The notes: generated by a model not told the origin, from the sequence alone. A stretch of DNA of 55,219 nucleotides from an uncultured virus (IMG/VR IMGVR_UViG_3300035498_000616) (IMGVR_UViG_3300035498_000616), one strand, 5' to 3'. Shown: positions 1-11,862, numbered from the stretch's first letter. Numbers and translations: made by a program.

Positions 1-273
1 TGAATTTGTATCTCCGCCTTGACCATGTTGATTACTGGTATAATTCCAGTCTTCAGGACCACAATATGTTACAGCTTCTATTCTAAATACATCACATGGC
101 AATTGAATAGAACCGTCTTTGCAATTAACTGGTAAAATTTCATGTACTAGATAGGTATTTTTATTTCCTATCATATTGTATCCAACTAAACCAATTTCTT
201 CAAGATCCTCTAAATCACCTTCAATTTGATACAAGGTCTAGGCAAGACTTATAGCGTAGTGAAAATTTTCCAT
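1..273 (-). CDS. Putative crAss-like ring/tail tubular protein, truncated by the window edge (TAG=Gln)
   Basis: ATG at 273; reads MENFHYAISLA(TAG)TLYQIEGDLEDLEEIGLVGY... and stays open to the window edge. Product inferred from position in the structural operon. Confidence 0.55.
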
Positions 274-965
274 TATGTTATATATTGCTAATCATTCGGC
301 AACTTAGGTGCAGCTGCTTGTCTGTAATAATAAAGCTTTTCTTTTGTCAATTTATCTTTAACTAACTAATCAATGAAAGATAGATTAACATCAGGTCCAT
401 TTAACTCTTCAGTATTACAACAACTATACTAATTAAGTTGTCGCGGGTCTTTAAAAACTGCTACAACAGAAACCTATTCTAAAAAGGGTGCATTAAATAT
501 AAAGCAATCTAACATTCCGTTTGCATTAGGAGCATAATCTATCCAAACATAGGGTTTGTTCTATGCTCGCTTTTTATATTTACGAGTTTGTAATTCAGTT
601 AGCGAACTAACAACCTAAAACTAATTGCGTCTATCAGTTGAGCCTATATATTCAATAGATTGTTTACCAAACTATGAAATAACCTGTGGAATTTGGAAGT
701 GGGCTACCACTGTATCATTGTCATTATGTTTTCCACATTTACATCGCTCTAATGATTCACAATCTACATCTATACAGTTTATGGCAATTAACAAATCTTT
801 TATCGGATAAATGCCTTTTAAAAAGTATTCGTTAATTATCTATAGTCTACAAGCAACAATTTCATCTTGTAACTATTCCATATTCATAGATAAGTTCTGG
901 TGATAACCTCTTAAACCAGAGACTACATCATTTCTAATCTACGATGCTAACTTCTCAATATACAT
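273..965 (-). CDS. Putative ring/tail structural protein, 230 aa (TAG=Gln)
   Basis: MYIEKLAS(TAG)IRNDVVSGLRGYHQNLSM...RQAAAPKLPND(TAG)QYIT-TAA; only TAG interruptions; TAATG overlaps with both neighbours. Confidence 0.65.
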
Positions 966-1384
966 TATAAATCGTTTGGATTGTTTTTGATTCTGTGTTC
1001 ACAAGTAAAATTGTAACACTTTATACCGTTTAAATATGCAACTTTTGATTTTAGTTCTGCAATTTCGTTACACTTTGCAGAAATAGCTTTGGATTTCTCT
1101 AACATTATACTTTCAACTTGTTCTCTTACCTGTGAAATTTGTTTACGGAATTCTGCTTCCAACTCATGATAATCTTTTATATATTTATCACAAGTTTTCT
1201 ACAAATAATCATACTAATCCTATCGTAAATCCGTTATCTTTTGCTAAACCTCGACTTCCGAGTTCTCTGCCTCTGCTGCAATTTTTCTGTTTTTACTTTT
1301 AAATGTAAAAATATAAGTTATTGTTGCTCCGAGTCCTCCACTTCCAATAATGGCTAAAATCCATTCTAAAAGCTACTATTCCAT
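965..1384 (-). CDS. Membrane-anchored coiled-coil protein (holin/spanin-like candidate), 139 aa (TAG=Gln)
   Basis: ME(TAG)(TAG)LLEWILAIIGSGGLGATITYIF: N-terminal hydrophobic helix then heptad-rich region; extends track ORF 965..1162 through TAGs. Confidence 0.6.
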
Positions 1385-1395
1385 AAAAAACTAAA

Positions 1396-1422
1396 AATAG
1401 CAGGGAATTTCACCCTGCTATT
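1396..1422 (-). terminator. Intrinsic terminator
   Basis: 10-bp stem AATAGCAGGG/CCCTGCTATT followed by a T-rich tract on the minus strand, just after gene 1429..2436. Confidence 0.75.
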
Positions 1423-1428
1423 AATTTA

Positions 1429-2436
1429 TTACGCATTTAATTCATCATCTTCAGAAGTTGCTTCGCTAGCTACTTCTTCATCAGACGGTTTTTCAGCTGA
1501 AAGTACAATGTCACCAATGGTACCAAGAGCTTCTTCCCATGCTTTAATTAAATCCTCATCGTGTTTAACCCAGAATACGTGAGTAGTATAGCTAGTCAAT
1601 CTCTGACCAACAGCCTGCAAACCATCGTTAGTGGCAGGAGAACACTGCTCGATAATATACTGATCGTAGATAGCTCCAATAATCGGAGTTTCTGCGGTAA
1701 GAATGTGAGTCCAATTAGTATGCTCAGCGGTCGGCAAGCGAAGATCTTTAACAAGCTGTGAATAAGTACCAAAAGAATTGTAACCTCTGTTTACTAACAC
1801 AACATCTTCAATATCTTCATCAGTCGGATCAAGATATGCAACTAAATCTGCATATTCAGCAGTTTCATCAAATACCTCGATGCCAATTTTAGCAAAACGC
1901 TGATATTCACCAGTACCAGTGAGAATCAATTTAGTACCGTCTGCTTCAACATCCAAAAGTTCTTTGTCGTGAAGGAAAGTACCACTCTTCTTCAATTCTT
2001 TAGCCAAACCACTTGCAATCTTTTCGGGAGTAGAATCTGCTTTAACAGTAAATTCAATCCAGAAAGGCATACCTTTCTGAACCCAAGGAGTTGCGTAAAT
2101 GAAAGGCTCAGCACCTTCAATTTTGATATAAATAGAAAGACGAGCATAAGTCTTTCCTTTTTCGGGAATTAATCCCTCAACTTTTGAGAAGTCGATGTAT
2201 GCCTTGCAAGGCTGTGCATCATATCCTTCTCTTTTCTTAATAGACACTACATTGTCTTTAGTGAATGTAAAATCACGTTTAACGCGAAATACATCTTTCT
2301 CAACTCCATCAACTTTAGCTTTAAGGCTTTTGAACAAGTAGGTGTTATCGCTACCATTCTCGTTCTTTTTGGTAGAGTCAATATCAATATTACTATTGAT
2401 AATAGTCTGAGTCTGAAAATTTAATCCTGTAGACAT
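1429..2436 (-). CDS. Putative auxiliary capsid/structural protein, 335 aa
   Basis: Intact ORF with no TAG in the capsid block, followed by a terminator; product inferred from synteny. Confidence 0.55.
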   Translation of the reverse strand: MSTGLNFQTQTIINSNIDIDSTKKNENGSDNTYLFKSLKAKVDGVEKDVFRVKRDFTFTKDNVVSIKKREGYDAQPCKAYIDFSKVEGLIPEKGKTYARLSIYIKIEGAEPFIYATPWVQKGMPFWIEFTVKADSTPEKIASGLAKELKKSGTFLHDKELLDVEADGTKLILTGTGEYQRFAKIGIEVFDETAEYADLVAYLDPTDEDIEDVVLVNRGYNSFGTYSQLVKDLRLPTAEHTNWTHILTAETPIIGAIYDQYIIEQCSPATNDGLQAVGQRLTSYTTHVFWVKHDEDLIKAWEEALGTIGDIVLSAEKPSDEEVASEATSEDDELNA

Positions 2437-2448
2437 ATATTAATTAAA

Positions 2449-3570
2449 TTATTGTGCTGCTGTTGCAGCGGGTTGTGCTTGCTATTGTGCAGTTGGTCTC
2501 GCAATAGACTAATTAATCTAAATATTAGTGCCAAGTCTAGGATCGCCTGAACGAGCCATAACTAAGCTTACCAACTCATTAATGATCTCTTGATTAACAT
2601 AGTCAGGAAATTCCATAATTTGTGAAGTATCTTCAGTCAAATCAATTTGTTCCTAAGTAAGTCTTATGTTCTGCGGACATTTAACATAGTCAATCTGTAC
2701 TTCTACTAACTAAAATAAGGAATCGTCTTTACCATAGCGGATTTCGCACCTTACATTGCTAGTATTACCAGCTCTTAGAGCAATAGGCTTTTCTACTAAC
2801 GAAACCTACGTATCATCGTTTAATTTAAACGTTCTCTAAAAGTTAGAATTCTATACAGTAGAATCAGATTCATTCGTGTTTACATCAGAAACACCTTCAC
2901 CACCATCAACCTTAGTTACTTTATATGTACCATTCATATCAGTACCAATTTCCTCTAAGCCTGTACCAGTTGTTGTGGATTTTCTAGGATTAGTAGGAAT
3001 TGTCTGTGACTGATTAATATTATGAATATAATAATAAGGCTTCATCGGAGAAGGACGATTATAAATGTCCGTAACAATTTGACTCCAAGAATCGGCAGTC
3101 AAACGTGTTGCTGGAATTTCAATATAGGAACCTGCATCCCAGCAATCTTTTGTTTTTGCAACATAATAGATACATACGCAATTAAGCATATGTAAGTAAT
3201 CAATCGGCATATACACCTCATAAGTAGCACCATGAAGTGATTGAATCGACTTATGTGAGTTACTTAAATAAGATGAAGCCTGTCCATTATAACCTCCGTT
3301 AGGCTGATTAGGATTACCAGTAATAGCAGAAGTGTTCTGAATAGCAGCATTAGAAGTATTGATTTTATTCGGAGTTAAAAAACATGTAGATTTTAAAACT
3401 CTTAAATCGTCAGTAGTCTGCTGATTAATGTCGTAGACATTATATACTTTATTAATATACTGATTGATTGCTTTGTTAAACAAGTAATTAAACTCGTACA
3501 ATTTTAACGTAGGAGCTTGTACTTTATTTAACTCAATTAATGTTGCTTCGAAAATCTATCGAGCCGTCAT
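2449..3570 (-). CDS. Putative ring/head-tail structural protein, 373 aa (TAG=Gln)
   Basis: MTAR(TAG)IFEATLIELNKVQAPTLKLYEFNYLFNKAINQY...; track ORF 2851..3501 ends at TAG and the frame continues to TAA at 2449. Confidence 0.65.
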
Positions 3571-3576
3571 TTAATA

Positions 3577-4452
3577 TTATTTTTCGTTTGTTTCTTCGTT
3601 AGCAAACATGTCAGGATATGTATCTTGGCGAATAAGTGCCAACGTCTTAGAATTTTTAGGACTCTTCATCCATTCAATTACTGCTGTGTCAGTAGCTCCG
3701 AGAATTGTGTTATCACCATAAATGTAGACACCATTCTTTTTAACAATAACACCTCTTTCACGTGCTTCAATAAAGAAGATACGCAATTTTAAATCACCAC
3801 CAGTGTAGCAATCAATAATTTTCTCAGGAGTTTTTTCTGCAATAGAAAGTAAATAATCTTCAATATCTGCATTAGGTTGATTTTTCATATTTCTACCTAA
3901 TACACGTGCTACTGCCAAACGTCCATCATAACCTCTTTCGTCATTCAAGATATAATTAGAAGCGTCGACAATAAGTTTACGTCTAGAAACTCTACGCTGA
4001 GAATCGTATCCAGGTCGATCAACGTATAATTCTGCAACACCATATCTAGGTTTAGTTGATTTAGGATCTACTGTTCCGTCAATCAAATAATTACCTTTTG
4101 AATCTTTTGCATAACGGTCAGGTGCAATAAATTCACAATGTTTAATTGCTTCCCATTCAGCAGCATCTTTAACATCAGTTAAATCAAATGTTTTACCATC
4201 TGTGATTACGAATGTTTGATTTTCTTTAACAAAGTATGCTGTACCTGCTGCTTCTTGCTGTAATTCTTCAGGTGTCAAAACAATATCTCCGTGTGCATCG
4301 ACACGTTTTACACAACTAGGATAACGTCCTAATTCATTTTTCGTAGGTTGAATGTAATATTTCTGATTAGTTCCTTTACCATAAACACATCTCAAAACAA
4401 TGATATTTGATTTTAAATCACCATTTTGAACTTCGTTAGTCTTTTTTGCCAT
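3577..4452 (-). CDS. Conserved crAss-like protein downstream of the major capsid gene, 291 aa
   Basis: Intact ORF, no TAG; adjacent to the major capsid gene. Confidence 0.7.
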   Translation of the reverse strand: MAKKTNEVQNGDLKSNIIVLRCVYGKGTNQKYYIQPTKNELGRYPSCVKRVDAHGDIVLTPEELQQEAAGTAYFVKENQTFVITDGKTFDLTDVKDAAEWEAIKHCEFIAPDRYAKDSKGNYLIDGTVDPKSTKPRYGVAELYVDRPGYDSQRRVSRRKLIVDASNYILNDERGYDGRLAVARVLGRNMKNQPNADIEDYLLSIAEKTPEKIIDCYTGGDLKLRIFFIEARERGVIVKKNGVYIYGDNTILGATDTAVIEWMKSPKNSKTLALIRQDTYPDMFANEETNEK

Positions 4453-4477
4453 AGATTCATATTCATTATTATATAAA

Positions 4478-4510
4478 ATAAGTGGGGAAGCATTTCGTTC
4501 CCCACCTTAT
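4478..4510 (-). terminator. Terminator-like hairpin after the major capsid gene
   Basis: GTGGGGAA/TTCCCCAC stem with ATAAG/CTTAT extension, followed by TTTTA on the minus strand. Confidence 0.65.
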
Positions 4511-4520
4511 CTAGTTATTA

Positions 4521-5951
4521 TCAAATAATCTCGCGTTTACCTCTCAAAATAAATGAGCGATAAGGATTAAATACTGCAATACCGGCATAACCCCATGCAG
4601 TCATCATACCACCTGCAACAGGTGAAGAAACAACACCACCTGATTTACCGTCACGTCCACCAACGCCGAGAACCTCGTTGAAAATAAGATCCTGACCTTT
4701 GAGAGAGAACATCTGCACAGGGGGTTGAGTTGATGTAGATCCAGTAGTCAAATCAATACACAAGAAGAAGGGTTCAGGGTATTCACGACTCAAAGTTCTA
4801 TCAACTTTAAATGAAACTGTATTACCACCCCACTCGTATGCGTCGAATGTTGCACCGACTTTAATATATTTGCCTTCGCCACCTTTAGACCACAAGTAAG
4901 CACCGTCAGTCTTACGGTTAGCGAGATAATCACCAAGAACTCTCTGAACGATTGCCCATGCAAGTTCATTAATAATGAAGCAGAAGTGATTACCTGTAGG
5001 TTTCTCTGCTTTTTCTACCATTGAAGCAATGATAGTCTGGAAGGTACCAATTGTAATATGGTTTGCAGAATATTTATTGCAGAAACGCTCAATCTGCGGA
5101 ATCATACCGTCACCAATTGTAATAGGACGACCAGTAGCTTTATCCGACAAAGTGGATTTACCATCGGGACCTACAGTACCTTTAGCCAACAACATCATGT
5201 TTTCGCGTGCATACAAGAAGTTGTCCATCAAGTTTTTCTTCATCGGATCAAGTTTGTAAATCTTCTCAGTCATACAACCAAGATCTTTACCCTGACCGAT
5301 TTTAATGAACGTATCTTCCATCAATGCATATTTAGCACTATATGTATCATCAACACGAATGGTTGACATATAGTTGCGCATTTTCTCAACGTTAGACTGA
5401 TATTTAACGAAACCGCAGTCGTGCAACTCAGGTTTAGCGTTACCAATGTATCTAGTTAAGTCACCTACCTGACAACCATCTTTATCCAAAATAGTTGAAT
5501 AATCGCTATCAAGCAAGCGTACCATAATAGACCACAAATTATCAGCTTTTCTTACAGGTCGAGAGACTACAAAACATTGCTGACCAGTTTTTTCAATTTT
5601 GAAGATTTCGTGTAACTGATAGTAATTTTCGGGGAAAAGCATTTCAATTTCACTACCATCTGCGCCATCCTCTACGGGAACTGCTGCAAACGGAATACGT
5701 TTAATTTGATTTACTTCTACATTCCATTCGAAATAAGTGGAATCAATTGACTGGAAACCACTAGCTTTTTTACTATCACCATAATATACATTTCGAATAG
5801 CCTCGGTTAAGAATGTAGCGGTCAATTCCGGATACATACGAGAAACTACACCCAAACGATGAGGTCTCTCACCAAGGAACTTACTGAAATCTTCATAAGT
5901 TCTAGTTGTGCCCATTTGCGGGCGATTTGTTACAAAGTTTGCTACTAACAT
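4521..5951 (-). CDS. Major capsid protein (crAss-like), 476 aa from ATG 5951
   Basis: MLVANFVTNRPQMGTTRTYEDF...; size, position and motifs (EWNVEVN, GDGMIPQIE, GIAVFNPYRSFIL) fit crassvirus major capsid proteins; no TAG. Confidence 0.8.
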   Translation of the reverse strand: MLVANFVTNRPQMGTTRTYEDFSKFLGERPHRLGVVSRMYPELTATFLTEAIRNVYYGDSKKASGFQSIDSTYFEWNVEVNQIKRIPFAAVPVEDGADGSEIEMLFPENYYQLHEIFKIEKTGQQCFVVSRPVRKADNLWSIMVRLLDSDYSTILDKDGCQVGDLTRYIGNAKPELHDCGFVKYQSNVEKMRNYMSTIRVDDTYSAKYALMEDTFIKIGQGKDLGCMTEKIYKLDPMKKNLMDNFLYARENMMLLAKGTVGPDGKSTLSDKATGRPITIGDGMIPQIERFCNKYSANHITIGTFQTIIASMVEKAEKPTGNHFCFIINELAWAIVQRVLGDYLANRKTDGAYLWSKGGEGKYIKVGATFDAYEWGGNTVSFKVDRTLSREYPEPFFLCIDLTTGSTSTQPPVQMFSLKGQDLIFNEVLGVGGRDGKSGGVVSSPVAGGMMTAWGYAGIAVFNPYRSFILRGKREII

Positions 5952-5971
5952 AAAAAATCTTTTATTAAAAA

Positions 5972-6928
5972 TTACCAATCATCGTCATCAAAGTTTGATT
6001 CCGATTGAGTTTTATTTTGAGGTCTAAACACAAACTAAGACCGACCTTCATTTTTAGCAGCGTTATAGCCTCTTGTATAACTATCTTGTATCTATTTAGT
6101 GAGTTCTCCAGTAATCTCATTTTCATTCAAAAGCCAAAAACCTACTTTAGTAAGAATTCTCGGATCATTTAACGCGTGACCTAAACCACTCATGCCTTGT
6201 TCATCAAGTCTTAACATGAATGATGCTAATTCTTCCTGATCATCAGGAGAAAGCTGTAATTCTTGACCTGCGAATGTATTAAGACCTCGTATCTCATTAT
6301 TAATAGAAGCAGCGAATTGATTATACTGTGCTTGCTGTTGCGTAGCTTGATCGTTAGCGATTTGCGCTTCACGATCTAATTGTAATTGTTTGTATGATTC
6401 GCGCAATCCGTCAACTGTTTTCTGATAAAGTTCCGCGTTTTGCTTTGCACTATCAATAGCTGCATTAAGTTCATCATCTGTAATATTTTCTTCGCCTACT
6501 TTCTCAAGTAAGTCAAGAGCATATAGTTCATCATCTGAAAGCTTATCGACTTCGTAGTTTCTATTCTCTGTATCAACAGGCATTAATGATTGAATGTAAT
6601 CATTAACAGATAATCCACTACGTCTAATATTATTAATAAGATCCAATTCATCTTGATACATATTATCTGCATCATTAAACTGTTGCTCCTCAGGATTAGT
6701 TAAAATAGCTAATTGCTCAGCACGAGTAAGCTCATCCCAAGCACGAGAAGTCATAGTTCCATCTTCTTCTTCGAATTGAATTTTATTCGGATCAGAAATA
6801 CCTTTGGATCTTAACACATCTGCTGTTAAATCATCGTCTTCTGGTTGTTCAACAGAAGTTTGAGAAGAAGAATCACCTAAAATATCTTCCTCCTCATCAT
6901 CAAATAGATTGTCAAATTCTTCGTTCAT
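5972..6928 (-). CDS. Acidic, helical scaffold-like protein upstream of the major capsid gene, 318 aa (TAG=Gln)
   Basis: Track ORF 6092..6928 ends at TAG; the frame continues (QIQDSYTRGYNAAK...DDDDW) to TAA at 5972. Confidence 0.65.
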
Positions 6929-8984
6929 TGCTCATTTTCATTATAAATATTAAAGAATAGGATCTAGGCTCAATCTTGATCGGTTTATTTTCAAATACTG
7001 TTGTATTATCAATATTCTCACCACTAGTTAAATCTATATCGTGAGTATGATCAGTAATTGTGCCCATTTGTCCATTAGAATTACTCGTTGTTAAAGAAAT
7101 ATCTTCGCCAGCCGAAACATTATACGTTGTAGTTTCAAACGAATCTCTATATATTATTCCGCCTTCTGAAGAAGTTATGCCGTTTATTTTGTGTTTGTGA
7201 ACGTGATCATGGTCAGGCAAATTTTCTTTTGTGAGAACTAATTCATTGTTTTCATTTAAATCCGTTTCGTTGTCACCTATAGTTGTAGATGCTTTAATAA
7301 ATTTTCCTATCAAATCAGGAGTTCCATTAGTTCCATCACATATTGCCCACCCATCAGGAATGTCAGTACCGTTAAACATTACAATTGTTCCGACTGGCAT
7401 TGATAATTCAATTAATTTCTTTATCCACTGAATTGTAGGAACGATACTATTATAATCTTCAGAATCTAAAGATTCTTCTGGAATTAATAATTTCTCTCCG
7501 TATATCGGATAATTCCCATTAAATTCAGTTTTATATAGTTTGTTGTTAAGTCCAATTAAATTATTGGTAAATATTCCTAAAGAGTTTTCCTAATAATTTT
7601 GTTCTTCTAATTCAGAAATATCTCCAATTTTAACATTGTTAATTTTATTAACAGTTTGATTTTCTTCTACTACTATTTCAGAAACTTCATCGGTTTCTTC
7701 CGTTTCTTCTTCAATGATTACTTCATCAGCAACCAAAGTTAATTCACCTTCATTAATCATAATATATGGTTCTGAAGATGAATAGATATCACTGTCTTTA
7801 AAATGATTTAAATATTTAGAATCAGCGTCAATAGTTATTTGCTGGTCTGAAGAACTAGTAATTTTAAAAGATAATAATGTTTTAATATTATAACCTCCAT
7901 AAGGAGCTATTTCTCCAGAAATCACAGTATATCCAATGATTTCTAAATCGGATTCATAAGAAGTTTGACCTGCTGTTAATGTTATTGTTTCAGTGCTATT
8001 AGAATGTTCAAGTTTTAATTTAATATCATAATCTACTGAATATTCTAATGAAATGGTTCTATCAGAGATAGTTACATCGGGAATTAATGAGCCAAATAAA
8101 TATATTTGATCATTAATAACAAAATTATTCTTATATTTTAGTGTTAATTCATCATCATCAACTGATAATACTACATTACTACGTTTACAACTAATAAATC
8201 TATCATTATCAGTTGTAATATCTAATTGTAGTTCAGAAGCAATATTTCTCCAAACTAAAGAATCAACCTCTAATACAGATTGTGATCCTTTCATATATAA
8301 ACGATAGCCATATGAACTAGTTGCGCCTTCAGTTTGGATATAGTTATTTACAGACATAACTAAGTCTTTATTTAAGCTAATTATTTTATCTCCAATAGTT
8401 AAATATGTATCATTTCCTATTGTAAATAAATATCCATAGCTAGCTTCAAACATACTAGTTTTGTCTGAATTATATATTTTTAAATTGTCAATTTCAAAAT
8501 CTGTTGATGTTTCTTGTGTTAACGTAGTAGTATATTCACTTAATACTCCGTTATTAGCAATATATAGTTTATTCTAATCCTAAACATATATTACGCCAGC
8601 TGTAATGTTTCCTTGTGCATCTTCTAATGTATTATAATAAAAACCTATATTAGTTAATGCTTTAGTTTTCTCATCAGCTGATAATGTTTGATCAGTTAAA
8701 TAAGAAATGTAAGATTGTCCAGTAATATTTATCTTAGTTCCATCGAGATAAAACCAAACTTGTTCATCAGAAGTAATATAGATTCCATTTGAACTTATAT
8801 TGTCAGCATTATCAATTGATTGAAGAATACTTTTAGATTCGGTATTAACTTTACCATTTTTAATTAAATCAATAAACTTATTTCCGAACTTTATTTTTAT
8901 ATCACCTTTGGTTTCTATACATAAATTAGAAGAGGAAGAGCCTACTGATTCGTAAACTTTTCCGTTCAACTAAAAGTTACCCAT
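6912..8984 (-). CDS. Structural protein with a C-terminal tail-collar-like domain, 690 aa (TAG=Gln)
   Basis: Track ORFs 8580..8969, 7590..8453 and 6912..7400 share one frame and are separated only by TAG; C-terminal MPVGTIVMFNGTDIPDGWAICDGTNGTPDL is a tail-collar motif. Confidence 0.75.
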
Positions 8985-9385
8985 TATACTTTTAATACCT
9001 ATTTTCTATTTCTATCGGAATAACTAACGTGTACCCAATCGAAATTATGTTCGTTAATTAACTAGTCAAAAGGTAAATCTAATTTCTAGATTAGCTAAAA
9101 TAATTCTTTATTAGCTGCTACAGTATCTTCTTTTGTTCGAATATCAGCTGCTTCACCTGTTTGATGTTGACTAGTTGAAACACCTCCAACAAGTTTATTA
9201 AGTTTAGTACATCTGAATCCACTAGTTACTATGATGGGTTTTCCATACGCTTCACGAAGCGGATCTAAAATATTTTCAACTAACGCAATTAGATTCTACT
9301 TTTGAGTTTCATCAGGAGTATTATCAATTTTGTTTTTTATAGCTGTATTACTTTTAATTAATTCGCTTAAAGTAAAGTATTTCAT
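8984..9385 (-). CDS. Peptidase M15A-family endolysin (Zn D-Ala-D-Ala peptidase fold), 133 aa (TAG=Gln)
   Basis: MKYFTLSEL...ILDPLREAYGKPIIVTSGFRCTKLNKLVGGVSTSQHQTGEAADI...FD(TAG)LINEHNFDWVHVSY; SxHxxGxAxD and WVHVS Zn motifs; 5 in-frame TAG; missing from the ORF track. Confidence 0.9.
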
Positions 9386-9440
9386 ACATTTATTATTTAC
9401 TTTGTAATAGTAGTCATAGAAAGTATTATTCCAAAATAAA

Positions 9441-9477
9441 AATAGGAGAACTCTCTTAAACAGAAAATTCTCCTATT
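9441..9477 (-). terminator. Intrinsic terminator
   Basis: AATAGGAGAA/TTCTCCTATT stem followed by TTTATTTT on the minus strand. Confidence 0.65.
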
Positions 9478-9479
9478 AT

Positions 9480-9878
9480 TTAAATAAATTCCTTCCAATC
9501 TATCATGACACCATTTGCAATCATTGTTGCATACCATCTTCTCATGGTTGTTCCATCTCCAGCGTCTTCATCATCTATTGTATCTTTGATATATAAAGCA
9601 AAATGTTTTTCGTCTGTTATACTACTTCCGTAATAATCTGCTTTACACATATTAGCTACGAATATGTAATCATACCCAACATTGTTATTTAAAACAATAT
9701 CATTATTTAATAATGCTTTATCAACAAAATCCTTACTTAACTGGTCAAGTTTCTTATCATTTTTACGCATTAAAGAAACTGCATAATTACATAAATCTTT
9801 AGTAAAATGCCATCCATAGTTCTAAAGATATTTCTTCATAGCTTTTGGATATTCATCATAAATATCTAATGGTATCAT
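9480..9878 (-). CDS. Hypothetical protein, 132 aa (TAG=Gln)
   Basis: MIPLDIYDEYPKAMKKYL(TAG)NYGWHFTKDLCNYAVSLMRK..., extends track ORF 9480..9770. Confidence 0.7.
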
Positions 9879-9881
9879 ATA

Positions 9882-10034
9882 TTAATAATATCTAGAATGT
9901 CTATGCTCAGATTCCTCGTCTTCTTCAAGTTCTTTAATACAGTGTAAAACTTTTTCTCCGTATTTAATTACTTTCTCTACGTATTCTTTAAGACATTCTA
10001 ATTTACTTTCCTGAACTTCTACTATCGTTGTCAT
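9882..10034 (-). CDS. Small hypothetical protein, 50 aa
   Basis: MTTIVEVQESKLECLKEYVEKVIKYGEKVLHCIKELEE...; fills the gap in the operon. Confidence 0.55.
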   Translation of the reverse strand: MTTIVEVQESKLECLKEYVEKVIKYGEKVLHCIKELEEDEESEHRHSRYY

Positions 10035-10503
10035 AATGCTTAATTATAAATTCTTTGAACATTTCTTTTAAAGAATTAATCTCTTCTCTTAATGCTTTAT
10101 TATCCTATTCCTAACGCTACTTTTCAGCTATTTCTGGATTTAGCTATTCTAGAATTAAATCACAATCTTTAATAATCTATTCATGTTGATTTACACTATT
10201 AATTATATCCTAACTTTTCTATTTCATTGCATTAATCTCGGAATTAATAGCATCTTTATTGCAAGATATAACCATATTATTTCCGAAATCTGCAATATCT
10301 GTATTTGCAGGTAATTTCTAGAAATTGGTAGTTGAACCATTTATATCAACAGAAATATCTATTACTAATTCTGAATACATATTACCAGCATACTTAGGAA
10401 CAGGCACAGATACACTAGTTACCTTGCCTGTTTCTAAAGTAATGTTATTGTCTTTGTGTAATATGTATATCTAATTATTGTTTCTTAAATTCTAAAATGT
10501 CAT
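10003..10503 (-). CDS. Hypothetical protein with coiled-coil C-terminus, 166 aa (TAG=Gln)
   Basis: MTF(TAG)NLRNNN(TAG)IYILHK...LNPEIAEK(TAG)R(TAG)E(TAG)DNKALREEI; TAG-dense, closed by TAA at 10003. Confidence 0.7.
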
Positions 10504-10823
10504 AATAACTGTAATGTGCTAGTATTAGATTCATAAAAAGCAAGATAAATTCCCTCTCCAGTAATATCGCCAACAGTAGCTGCTACTCCTCCTATTTTAG
10601 TTAATTCCTATTGTCTTGACGTAGACTCAAATGTAATTGGTAATGTACTTGTAGTTCCACTAGGAATTGCAGACAATTTAAAAATAATCAATCCGTTAAA
10701 CGGAGTCTAAAACAAAGGATGATTTCTAAAATTATAGATAACATTTGTAGAAGTTACTGTAACACCGACATCTTCTAAGCGAGGAATTCCCATTCGATTA
10801 GCTAAATAAAATGGACTAATCAT
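10500..10823 (-). CDS. Hypothetical beta-rich protein, 107 aa (TAG=Gln)
   Basis: MISPFYLANRMGIPRLEDVGVTVTSTNVIYNFRNHPLF(TAG)...; ATGA overlap with the next gene. Confidence 0.65.
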
Positions 10824-10837
10824 AATTACCTCCTTTC

Positions 10838-11776
10838 TTAACCCCAGCTACTATATAATCCGTTACCATATAAAGCTGCAACACTATTTGGAATTACAGT
10901 AACAGGACTATAAGGAACTACAGTAGTTGAAGGCATCTTACTCTGAATATTCTGAACATTAGTAGTTAATCCACTTAATGAAGCATTAATAGGAATAACA
11001 GCCTAATTAATCATCTGATTAAATAAAGCACTCTGCTGAGCATTATTGATAATCACTGCTTGCTCACTATTCTTTTCTTGTAAAGTAGAAATTTTATCAA
11101 GTAAAGCCTGAGTTTGCATTTGATCTAATTTAGCGATGATAGCGTTAGTATTTGTAGTAGAAACATCTTTAATCGTATTCTGCAAAGAGCAAGTCTGCTA
11201 CTGTGTATTGAAATTAGTATTGCAGAAACCTGTCTAAATCTGATTACCTACACCGTTGATACTATCTGTAATCTAAAAAGTCTAGCGTTCATTTGCCAAT
11301 TGATTTTGATAACCTTGCTCAATAATAGATTTTTGAGTATTGCAGCAACAACTCTATAACTAAGAAATAATTCCAGCGTCACCAGAATTAACTGCATTAA
11401 TAACTCTTTCAGAACTAAATCCAAGTTGACCTCCTAATTGCTGAATACCTGAAGATACAGTCTAAATAGCAGAATTAAGAGTATTAAAGTTACATCCCAT
11501 TCTATCAGCTGCTTGCTGAATTGCAGAAGTATTACCATTAATACCAGCCATGATAAGATCTGAATTCTAATTATCTTGCATCTATTCTTGGAGAGTCTAC
11601 ACTTGTCTAGATAAATCTTGACCGTTATCATTTCCAAAGAATCCGCCTTGACGGAACATTGCTAACCAGATTAAGTACATGAAAGGATTATTCCACATAC
11701 CTCCATTAGCAGCCATCATGCTCATAAGGTTATTATTGCCTGATTCAGGCATAACAAAAGTTTTTGTGTCACTCAT
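10838..11776 (-). CDS. Gln/Asn-rich protein with an N-terminal hydrophobic segment and CCC motif, 312 aa (TAG=Gln)
   Basis: MSDTKTFVMPESG...WNNPFMYLIWLAMFR...S(TAG)L(TAG)SCCCNTQKSIIEQGYQNQLA...; one frame to TAA at 10838. Confidence 0.75.
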
Positions 11777-11862
11777 AATTATAAAAGTTTTTAAGTTAGT
11801 GTTCTAGAACACTTTAATAATACTTACAAATTTTATAGATTATGAATGTTACTAAAAATAAA

